A stretch of 44,825 bases of DNA from Nemertoderma westbladi (taxonomy: Eukaryota; Animalia; Xenacoelomorpha): contig JAUCBJ010006891.1 of NCBI GenBank assembly GCA_032718475.1, positions 1 to 44,825 of the forward strand, written 5' to 3'. The translations under genes and the position numbers were made by a program. A model generated the notes under the pieces. That model was not told the DNA's origin, ran no database searches, and saw only the letters and a list, made by a program, of their open reading frames with translations. This document shows positions 35,487 through 44,825 of the stretch, piece by piece (the first letter of the stretch is position 1; the number at the start of each line of letters is the position of its first letter).

Positions 35487-36520
35487 TTACGAAGGTATCT
35501 TAAAGCGGTTTGTTTCTAGCAGGTAGTTGTTAACTATTTTAAATACATTAGTAGCCAGGGCCTCTAGTTTTTGTTCCAAAATTGAGCGCGGGATAAAGAA
35601 ATTAGGGCACTGGAGGAAATAATACTCAACTGCTCCAGACTTGGCACCGCAGAGTGTACATAGCGCAGAGTCTCGGGGGTGTCGGATCACGCAACTGACA
35701 TACCTAAATTTGGAATTTGAGATTTCCTATGCAAAAAAAAAGGTTTTTTTTTTGTTTGTCTATTTTAAATTTTGTTTTGAAGAGGGCCAGGGAAAGGCTC
35801 GTGTTCCGGGTGGCAGGTCGCTCCATTTATGTAGTGCTGGAAAAAAAAGTGTTTCGGTATAATTCTTTAATTAAACTTGATTTCTGAGAGTCGAGACTGT
35901 AACGAAGGGGGTAGTTTTGTACATTCGCCAACTAAGGGAGGAATTTTGCTTAAGGATAATTTGGTGTTAGGCCGTGGACAATTTTGTAAAAAGTTATTAG
36001 ACAAATGGCATCCGCCTTGATGTTGGGGATGATGGCGGCATTCCTTAGAGTTTGCTGTGAGATGTTCCAGCTGGTGCTCCAGTAGCTAGTTTAAGGATAT
36101 CTGCTGCGAGGTTGTCTAAGAGTTCAGAGCAGTCCTGTGAGATGTTACACAAACTTGGGTCTTATAAAACTAGTGTATATGTTGAGGATAGTTTCCTTGG
36201 ATAGAATATATTTTGACTTTTTTAATGCAACAACAGAGGTTGATACCGCATTTAGAATTTGTGTTATGTGGTTGTTAAATGTTTAGGAGCTGGAAATGGT
36301 CACGCCCAAATGCTTATTGAGATTCGGCGTAAGGTAAAAGGATTCCGTAGAGATAAAGAGGAAGGGATTGGTGGGGGATGTTGTAGCCAAGCCACACAGA
36401 CTCATTAAGTAGTAATATTGGTGTCGTAGTTGGCTGGGAGGTGCACAAAAATAGACACAGAAATAGACACATGTGAATCATAATATCGGGGTGGGCGATT
36501 GGGTAAACTGAGAAAAATCC
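35487..36520 (-). mobile_element. Highly decayed LINE remnant
   Basis: C-terminal zinc-knuckle-like CTLC....VEYYFLQCP..R (35487..35690), plus a weak endonuclease-like segment near 36314-36450. Confidence 0.4.
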
Positions 36521-36759
36521 CATGGTTGAGCGGTCCGGCTCTACTTACATTATAGAGGTAGAATAAAACGTCTGTCCTTATCTGATCTGATCTGTCAGCA
36601 TCTGATCCTATAACCAATCAGAAGAAAGAGATATAATATTTACCTAACTGTCTGTTAGGTAAATAGCCAGTAGCTGAATAGGGGATCACGTTTCAGGTTG
36701 CCCTGTTAAGTATCAGTATCATCATATGAAGTAGCAGTACAGGCATACCGGTGTGCATC

Positions 36760-37935
36760 TAATTTCATTTATTAAACCGGGCCATGGCCCATATATTTAT
36801 ATATATATGACTACCTACATAATAGCACAATTATTGATTACTTTACATCTTATATTTATGTAATCACAAACACAACGTGGTAAATAAATATTAATCCTCA
36901 AGCGGACGCGATTGAATTACCTAACAGTAACACCCATCGGTCAATTAATATAGAAGAATTTTTACAAGTTGAGTAACATGCTTCAATTATAGAATTAGTA
37001 GAATTATGTACACGGCGATATAGCGAGTAAATGTTTGAACGTAAAAAATTGTTAACTCTATTTGCCACGAAAATAGTATCGGCATCCTCAGTACGGGAAT
37101 AATTGAATAATAAACGGAAACCGCAATTGTAAGCAACCTTTAATTTCCGCAGGCATTCTACTGTAAATACAGACCATAAAGCACAGCAGTATATACTGTA
37201 GCAAAAACTCTGAAATAACTGACGCTTTACCGGATGTGAACAAACTGAAAAATTTCTTGCCAGCTGGTTGCCACGACAGTACAGATTACGTCTCATTAGC
37301 ATAATGTCCGATTCATCTGAAAAATCACAACTAATGAGATGGCCAAGATATTTCACCTCTTTGACACAAGATAATATTTTACCATTGAGATATACATCAC
37401 CTGCACGTCCAAATTTCCTAGGTAGAAAATATAAACATTTAGACTTAGTTGGGTTGTAAGAAATATCAAATTTAATGCCATACAGTTCACAGATTTTTAA
37501 GAGAGCTCTCAAACCAAAAATACTAGGGGAAAGTAAACATAAATCGTCTGCATAAAATAAATGATTTAAAAGGATACTTCCCAGCCTACAGCCCACATTA
37601 ATTTTGTTAAGCTCCAGGCTGAGGTCATTAACATAAATATTGAACAGCATGGGCGATAATAAGCTACCCTGTCTAACACCATTTGACACAGAAAAATATG
37701 ATGAGACCGCTGCACCCCAGCACACAGTGACGGACTGCATACTGTACCAATAGGCAGTAATACGAACAATACAAATTGGTATGTTTACATCGAGCATTTT
37801 ACGAAATAGTTTAAAATGATTTACTCTATCAAACGCTTTCGAGGCGTCTAAGAATGCACAGTATACTGGAGAGTCCCGACTAATATAAAGCTGGATAGTT
37901 TCTTTTAAAGTAAATATACACAAGTCTGTTCCTAA
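36760..37935 (-). mobile_element. 5'-truncated LINE (RTEX-like), RT and C-terminal half
   Basis: ORF 36898..37923 has AFLDASKAFDRV, GVRQGSLLSPMLF, LFYADD, KYLGH and a C-terminal N...RNF..CS..VK..LF..FC..Y...LW pattern. Confidence 0.8.
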
Positions 37936-38296
37936 ATGTTTCTGAAACCCGAACTGATTGTCCGCTATTTTAGCACAATTAATAATACACGAAATTATAC
38001 AAGACTCAAAAATTTTGGAACAAAATTAATATTAATTAATCATCTAAATGTATCTAAATGTACAAAGGCATGTTATTATATATTAAAAATGCGATATAGG
38101 ATGAAGGTTTGTTACGCTAAAGGCAGAAAGGGAAGCAGGAAGGGGTATCTCTCTAGGCCTACTGTGTAGGCCTAGTGTGTATATGAAGAAACACTTAACA
38201 TGCCCCATATTGCCAGCTGATACAGTGGTGTTTACAGTATACCCAGACGATGAAGGAATATCTGAATATGGGAAGGTGGATGTGAATGTGGGAATT

Positions 38297-38520
38297 AATA
38301 AACGCTGTAGTTACCTTCCAATTGAAGGAAAAGAGCAGGTTACAGCGGCTGCAATTTCTAACCAAAACAATAAACGACGTTGATACCTACCAATTGAGGG
38401 AAAGGAGCAGGTTACAGAGACAGGGGTTTCTAACCAAAACAATAAACGATTTTGTTACCTACCAATTGAGGGAAAGGAGAATGTTACCGCGGCTGACTTT
38501 TCTAACCAAAACAATAAACA
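38297..38520. repeat. 72-bp minisatellite, ~3 copies
   Basis: aaccaaaacaataaac recurs at 38360, 38432 and 38504, with the unit tacctaccaattgagggaaaggagcaggttac. Confidence 0.8.
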
Positions 38521-39139
38521 ACCAGCGGGCACCTTCCCACATTCCCATCCACCCATGTGGCAATAATAGGCTGATAAATAATTAGCATAAACATAATTAG
38601 TTAAGTACTATTACAGTATTATGTAGTAGTAAGGTATTCTGGTATTCTTCACATGGGCGAAGAATACCAGACGTTCTGCCGTTATATTTCACTTTGCAGT
38701 TACCCCCATATGAAGAATACCAGGTTTTCACCAAAACCACAGGTTACAGAAGGGCTGAATATAACCAAAACAATAAACGAATTAGTATATGTCTGTATGT
38801 ACAAGGTTATAAGCCATAAATAAGCTCTCTATAATACACTTAATAAAGATAAATTAAAAAAAAATTAAAATCTTCATATATAAAATTCCAATAAAAGTCG
38901 ACCGAAAAGGTAAATCCTGGTATTCTTCACATGGGCCGGCACCAAAATTTGGCACCAGCCGCTAAAAACAAGTTTATAATTTCTAGCTTATTTTATTTGA
39001 ATTCCTTTTAGTTCGTTTCAGTTAGTCTTTTAGTTAGTATCGTTATTTCAGAGGGGGAGGTGTTATATTGACCCCCCCCCCCGGGTTTATGGGGAATACC
39101 GGGGGAAACTTCACATCCTGACATGGGCAGAAACTCCAG

Positions 39140-39300
39140 TACTCATTTAGCTATCATTTAAGGATGCAAGGCAGAGATGCCTCGTTAAACCCTTCAAAAC
39201 ATTCGTGCCGAAACGAAAACTACCTTGGCCCCCATGCCGGGATTGAACCCACAACCTCCGCGAGATGTGAATTCAATATAACCACTACACCAAGGTGGGC
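39140..39300 (-). mobile_element. tRNA-derived SINE
   Basis: The minus strand reads GCCCACCTTGGTGTAGTGGTTA (A box)...GGGTTCAATCCCGGC (B box), followed by a non-tRNA body. Confidence 0.55.
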
Positions 39301-39462
39301 TCTGAACCTAGGTGGAACAAGTGTCAGATACCGTCAGATCAAATCAGATAAGGACAGACGTTTTAGCCATCCTATACATTATAGCGTACATACATAATAG
39401 TAATACTGTCTATAATCTAAACTAACTAGATGTAAGAATAACTTTCAATTTGCCTGGGCGGA

Positions 39463-39606
39463 CCAAGCCAGAATGCTGAAGCATGGCTTATTTGTACAAA
39501 TTGTTGTTCTAGAACATACACATTTACCCATAATACCAAGCCTGAATGCTGAAGCACGGCTTATTTGTACAAAATGTTGTTCTAGAACATATACATTTAC
39601 CCATAA
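39463..39606. repeat. Two tandem ~73-bp copies
   Basis: ccaagcc.gaatgctgaagca.ggcttatttgtacaaa.tgttgttctagaacata.acatttacccataa occurs twice. Confidence 0.75.
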
Positions 39607-39770
39607 GGGGCCATCCATAAATGACGTCACGTTTTTTAAAGACATTGTTGACCCCCCCCCCCCCCCTTTCGTCACAAATCGTCACGAAATGGCTACCCCC
39701 CCCCCCCCCTCCCCCTCCCTATGTCACGTCACACTATATAAAATTAAATGATACTCTTATATTATTAGAG
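39605..39770 (+). mobile_element. MITE terminal fragment (PIF/Harbinger-like end)
   Basis: taa|ggggccatccataaatgacgtcacg..ccccccc..gtcac, a common invertebrate MITE terminus. No partner end is visible in the window. Confidence 0.4.
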
Positions 39771-40668
39771 CAATAAATCTGGAATAAATTTCTCAACTAT
39801 AAACTATAGTAGGGGTAGGAGGTAGATAGCACTTTTTAGGTCATGTCTTTGAAATCAAGGGGGTCGCCCCACATTCTGACCGCTATCATCTCAGAATTAT
39901 GAAAAACAAAAAAATTTTGAAAAAAATTTCATTTTCATCAGTAGACATTAATTTTGGTGCCATATGTCCCATTTTTACCTTACGCATAGTGGGTTGTGTA
40001 GTGAATATGATGTAAATAGAGTTTCAATGGTCCTATGAACTCGAAAGTGGTATCATTGGAACCGCAATTGCCGATTTAGTGGGTATAGAACACACTTTTG
40101 AAGACCCCTGATCAATAGTTTCGCAGCAATACTGTAAAAATTGACGAAGTTATCCATATTTTGTTAAAAATTACATATGAAACTGTTCAAATGTGGTTGT
40201 TAGATACGCATTTCATACCCAGATAGTTTGATTTTTTCGTAAAGTTGGTAATAAGTACCGACATTGTGCTATTTACAGCTAATTAACTTTAATATATATT
40301 TAATTTTAATAAATAATTTACAAAAATAATGTTCAATAAATATAGTTAGTTAACAGTGACTTTAATTGTTTTAATATATAAATGATTTATCTAATATATA
40401 TAATTTCATTGTGAAAAAAATGTGTTAATGAAAATTTTGAAATTTGATGATATAATATTAGATTTATCTTAAGGATTACTGCGCAAAAATATTTCTGCAT
40501 TGGTATATATATGGTCAACAATTGGACCGTAATTACAGTATAAGCATATTTTATACAGCTTAGGAATGCAGCTAGCTATGTCTTCAGATGTCACTTCTGT
40601 AATTGCAGTTCTGTAGTAATGTTAGGCCTACTCAATTCTCTCAATAGTATTATTATTACTTGAATACA

Positions 40669-43600
40669 ATGACATCTCAATCACTTGCTCAGTGTGACAT
40701 AGTATTTGTTTTGGGTGACAAATTACCCTTCATTTATGAGGCTGTTATTGCAATTACCAATTATGCCCCAGGCGGCTCACCTAAGGCAGATAAAGAGTCT
40801 GCCCTTAGAACGAAGGCAATTACTGCATATTCAAATTCCCTTAACAATATGTGGTGCAAAGCCTTTGGAGCTGATAATATTGCATCTAGAAGCACCATAA
40901 AGCGAAAACTTCGGGCTCACATTTTGGATTATTTCAATAAAGTAACCATGAAAGGGAGGTCTTGTAAAAGTAAGAGAGAGAGAATGCGTAACTGGAGGGA
41001 TAATAATTATTCAGTTTTGTCCATATTGAACACTAAAGCGGTTCCAGATAATTTTGATACAGATGAACGTGCATTTTATTTTGGGCAATTAAGCAAGCAG
41101 CGGACTGGTTATCTTAGCGATCAAATAGATACTGAATACGAATTGAAAATAACTGCCGAGCAACAAAAAAGTCAAGACCAACAGGAACTCACCAGAATAG
41201 AGGAAGAACACATCTTTGGTGATGATGGTAGTGAGGTTGTTGACAGTAATTTTGATGACGACTGCTTTAATGGGGAAATAAGCTCGCCTATAAACCTTAA
41301 CATAAGCAGCAATCGCTCAGGTTTAGCCCGAAACACCAAGTCTTACATAGAAAAAAGTAGTCAGACAATTTGCAATTTCATTGACCGAATTGAAATCCGC
41401 CAGAGGAGAAACTTAACAAGTGACATAAAAACAACATGTGCAAATGTATCAACTTCATGTGCACTGTCAGCAGAAAAGTCACGAATAGCTGTCCAGGTAG
41501 TGGCTAGAGATCTGTACAAGCATAAATACTTTTTATCTCCCGAAGAACAGAATGGAGACAGTAATTGTACCCTGGAAGCTGAACCAATTGAGCCCAACCC
41601 TAAACGAGTTTGTCGAGAAACTGTATCACCCAAAACAAATACTCCAGTTTCGGCAACAGACTACGGAAAATATAGATATGTTCTACCTAGTTCAAAAACA
41701 ATAATTGAACACAAACAACTACAAGCATCTGGTGTAGAAAAAGATGCAGGGACTGCTTTAGCAACAAAAAACAGTGAAATAAAGTGCACCCTCCACTATG
41801 ATACAACATCAAGAAATAACATTGATGGGGAGTGGCCTTGCCTCATATTGATATTCTCAAACAACACTAAATTTCGTTTGCGTCCTCTGTTTTTTGCGTA
41901 TGAGGATAGAGATAATATAATACTATTAATTACAGAAACATATGAACGTTTAGCTTGTGCTGCATCACTGGCATTATCATCTGCTATTGGTCCAATGTCC
42001 CTATGGAAAAACACAACTGCAGTAATGACGGATGCTGTATCAAAAAATCTAAATATAGAGAAGGGAGTTTCTGACAAACTTGGAAGTGATTATATTCCGT
42101 ATCATTTACTGTGTAAGAGTCATACAGTTGAAGCATTTGATAGGTCAAATCTGACAGTTTTGTGTGACTTAGAGCGACAATTAGACCTTAGAGGAAAGCT
42201 GGAAGCTGCCAATTATTCACTTCATACATTCTTTCGAGGGAAAAAGGCAGTAGTTCTAGCAGGTTTAAATGCCTTGCTTAAGTTGGTCGCCTATGATAAG
42301 TCTGCCAATGCAGCTTCACTGGCTGAAGAGTTTGACATTCTCCTAGAGAAAGAGGGAAAAGTGAAGCACATGACACTCTACCATGAGAGAAGATTTACTA
42401 AATTAGGTTACATGTCAGCTTCCATTCTAGAAGCATTACCACTTCTGAGAACTCTTTTAGCTCAGAGTCACAAATCGAATCAACTAACTGAAACATGTAA
42501 TCTCTTTTTGGAGTGCGAGTTTTTTATCACTGAACTCTGGGCACTATCATACTTTACCCATAAGGTAACTCTTCCATACCTAAACTGTATCGAGCTATCA
42601 AACCAGTCAACTCTCCTAAAGATCTTACCAAAATTACATAGTGATCTATTGATAGGATGCACTGAAACCCTTGGAGAATTTATAATTAGTTATAAACATG
42701 TACCAATTAGAGAACCCAATAGTCCACTGGAAGTCAAGCTAATAGAGCTAATGTGCACAGATGCAGCTGCTGTTTTACAACTGCAATGTGGCAGAGAATA
42801 TGGCTTCTCAGCAGTTGATACTCCCGCACGTACTACAGAGTTGCACAAACTGACAGATTGCGAGCTAGCAAATTTGCCAACTAACAACTTACAAGCAGAG
42901 CGGGACTTGGGCAAATTCAGTAACATAGCAACTGTTGCGAAATTCCGAAATAAGAAATTTACTGCAAGAGGCATCAGAAACGATATGGTATTGTATCAAG
43001 CATCACCAAAGTGTGTTGATGAAACCACAAAGAAGATCAATGCCATCCTTCGTGAGAGAGAATTTAATTGGTCTGCTAAACAAAAACAACTACAGCTGAA
43101 AAGATTAGAAGAAAAAATTGAGAAAAGCAAAAATGTCAAAGATTACACATTAAAACTTCTTAGGGACTGTAAATCTTGGAATGGACCAGCTACCTGTATA
43201 AATGAACTCGAAGAAATAATTAAAGATAAAGGTCAATTACAGTCAGATCGGATTGTTAAAACTGAATTATCTTACTTTAAACATACACACAAGTTAGATG
43301 TTACTATTCGACCAGAGCTATATCGTCTAAATGGGATAACACCTGATGAACGGCTTGAAAATTTTCTGGTGCTTCTTGGCAATCAAACTCCACCAACAGG
43401 ATCTGTTGTAGACTTACCTACAAATGATGACTTGTCTATGATATTAGCCATACAGAGTGACAAAGATAAAGCAATAGATAAACCAGCTCCTTCATTGGCT
43501 GTGGACATCAATGGAATGTGTGCCACATTGTGGATTTTTGAAGGCAAATCCACATGGGAATTAGGATACCTTCTTGAAAGAAAGGAGTCAACTTATGTTG

Positions 43601-43815
43601 TGAACCATTTGGAACGGGTAGATCCTGTATCTGATAAACGTTGGAAATATCCTGCTTTCGATGATGTTCAGGAGGTCACAAAGGAAGGTATTATGAACTG
43701 TTTGGTTGATGGAGACTGGGACTTAACTTCATCTTCACGAAATATGCAGTTTATTCTACATAACCACTCTGAGTTCAGGGCCACATTTGACTTCCTTTTT
43801 CCATCTAAAAAGTAG
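40669..43815 (+). CDS. Intact DDE transposase, hAT-like (1,048 aa from the first ATG)
   Basis: Uninterrupted ORF. Candidate catalytic motifs are LHYDTT (D), VMTDAVSKN (D), LLCKSH (CxxH), ERRF (aligning with the hAT TRW motif) and TNNLQAERDLG (E). Confidence 0.8.
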   Translation: MTSQSLAQCDIVFVLGDKLPFIYEAVIAITNYAPGGSPKADKESALRTKAITAYSNSLNNMWCKAFGADNIASRSTIKRKLRAHILDYFNKVTMKGRSCKSKRERMRNWRDNNYSVLSILNTKAVPDNFDTDERAFYFGQLSKQRTGYLSDQIDTEYELKITAEQQKSQDQQELTRIEEEHIFGDDGSEVVDSNFDDDCFNGEISSPINLNISSNRSGLARNTKSYIEKSSQTICNFIDRIEIRQRRNLTSDIKTTCANVSTSCALSAEKSRIAVQVVARDLYKHKYFLSPEEQNGDSNCTLEAEPIEPNPKRVCRETVSPKTNTPVSATDYGKYRYVLPSSKTIIEHKQLQASGVEKDAGTALATKNSEIKCTLHYDTTSRNNIDGEWPCLILIFSNNTKFRLRPLFFAYEDRDNIILLITETYERLACAASLALSSAIGPMSLWKNTTAVMTDAVSKNLNIEKGVSDKLGSDYIPYHLLCKSHTVEAFDRSNLTVLCDLERQLDLRGKLEAANYSLHTFFRGKKAVVLAGLNALLKLVAYDKSANAASLAEEFDILLEKEGKVKHMTLYHERRFTKLGYMSASILEALPLLRTLLAQSHKSNQLTETCNLFLECEFFITELWALSYFTHKVTLPYLNCIELSNQSTLLKILPKLHSDLLIGCTETLGEFIISYKHVPIREPNSPLEVKLIELMCTDAAAVLQLQCGREYGFSAVDTPARTTELHKLTDCELANLPTNNLQAERDLGKFSNIATVAKFRNKKFTARGIRNDMVLYQASPKCVDETTKKINAILREREFNWSAKQKQLQLKRLEEKIEKSKNVKDYTLKLLRDCKSWNGPATCINELEEIIKDKGQLQSDRIVKTELSYFKHTHKLDVTIRPELYRLNGITPDERLENFLVLLGNQTPPTGSVVDLPTNDDLSMILAIQSDKDKAIDKPAPSLAVDINGMCATLWIFEGKSTWELGYLLERKESTYVVNHLERVDPVSDKRWKYPAFDDVQEVTKEGIMNCLVDGDWDLTSSSRNMQFILHNHSEFRATFDFLFPSKK

Positions 43816-43832
43816 GCCTAATCATTCTCAAT

Positions 43833-44077
43833 ATCTTCCCGGTTTATCTGGCATCCGGCAAAGGTCAATCAAAAAGTCAAAATCTTCCCGGTTTATCTGG
43901 CATCCGGCAAAGGTCAATCAAAAAGCCAAAATCTTCCCGGTTTATCTGGCATCCGGCAAAGGTCAGTAAAAAAGCCAACATCTTCCCGGTTTATCTGGCA
44001 TCCGGCAAAGGTCAATCAAAAAGCCAAAATCTTCCCGGTTTATCTGGCATCCGGCAAAGTTCAACCCAAAAGCCAAA
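43833..44077. repeat. 49-bp tandem array x5 immediately downstream of the transposase
   Basis: atcttcccggtttatctggcatccggcaaag starts at 43833, 43882, 43931, 43980 and 44029. Confidence 0.95.
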
Positions 44078-44825
44078 CTCTCTGCCTTCCTGTAGAACGT
44101 TGGCGACGTGGCAGAGCTTAAAGCTGATAAACTCAGCTGAACTAAAGCTACAGGAAAATTCGTTCACTTTGCGGCTCCTATGACTTATTTGAAAGTTCAG
44201 ATGAGTTTCCACACTTTATACAATATATGATAACTCTGATCACTGGCTAAGGTGAAAAGTCAACTTTCATCAACACAACAGACTTTGAGTTCCGTTAATT
44301 TTTTCTTAACTCATTATTAGTAAATTAATCATCATTGTGGTTCCAATGAGACTTTATTTCAAGTTAAGATGACCCAACAACAATTTTCCAATGAGACTAT
44401 TTTCAATTTAATACGACCTTCCAAACTCTTGTTACAACATATCTGCATATTAAGACTTCTGATCGCTACGCCTACAGTAGGGTGAAAAGTTGATTTTAGA
44501 CAATATCTCATACTGAAAAAAATTATTCGCTGTTGAAAAATAAATATTTTTTAATTCACTAACAGTAAACCGACGATTGCGATTCCAATGAGACTATTTT
44601 CAACTTCATACGACCTCTCAAACTCTTTTTACAACATATTAATGATTCCGATCACTATGACTAAGGTGAAAATGAGTTTTTGTCAACGCGACAGACTAAA
44701 AATGATGTCTACTGATGAAAATGAAATTTTTTTTCAAATTTTTGTTTTTTTTGTAGTTCTGGGATCATAATGGATAGAATGTGGGGCGACCCCCTTGATT
44801 CCAAGAATATGACCCTGTACCTCCT

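Larger units (their letters stand above)
39810..44825 (+). mobile_element. Autonomous-looking TIR DNA transposon (divergent hAT, hATx/hATm-like); right TIR cut by the window edge
   Basis: ~130-bp imperfect TIRs: 39817-39955 (aggaggta..ggtcat..aatcaagggggtcgccccacattct..tttcattttcatcagtagacat) versus 44700-44825. They enclose one long transposase ORF. Confidence 0.85.

Noticed and set aside
38286-38585. 99-aa ORF with 24-aa repeats
   Set aside because: It is a read-through of the 72-bp minisatellite, with no splice or homology support.
28360-39300. Three tRNA-like sequences (~28370, ~32640, ~39230) as functional tRNA genes
   Set aside because: A and B boxes are present but the cloverleaf stems are broken, which fits SINE heads or pseudogenes.
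43833-44077. CRISPR-like array
   Set aside because: The inter-core segments are near-identical rather than unique spacers, there are no cas genes, and the context is eukaryotic.
383-44770. Numerous 60-130 aa antisense or overlapping ORFs in the track
   Set aside because: They are shadows of TE ORFs or low-complexity AT-rich sequence with no recognisable motifs.

Overview
This is AT-rich, intron-containing animal genomic DNA, probably from an invertebrate; it is not prokaryotic. Three host genes can be spliced together by hand from canonical GT-AG sites with matching phases. (1) The first three coding exons of the sodium-leak channel NALCN lie on the minus strand and the gene runs off the left edge. 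(2) A complete 3-exon, 141-aa SAMD15-like SAM-domain gene lies on the plus strand, divergent from NALCN. (3) A 4-exon, ~386-aa orphan class-A GPCR lies on the minus strand. Most of the rest is mobile DNA. There is an RTE LINE fragment, and a CR1/L2-group LINE carrying a 2A-like peptide in SAMD15 intron 2. A decayed Academ transposon holds a nested palindrome-rich MITE. An 11.1-kb BEL/Pao LTR retrotransposon sits in GPCR intron 3, with its RT core, RNase H and integrase replaced in frame by an unrecognised ORF. There are also several MITEs and tRNA-derived SINEs, an RTEX-like fragment, and a ~5-kb TIR transposon with an intact 1,048-aa hAT-like DDE transposase followed by a 49-bp repeat array. 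All homology calls come from motif recognition by eye; no searches were run.
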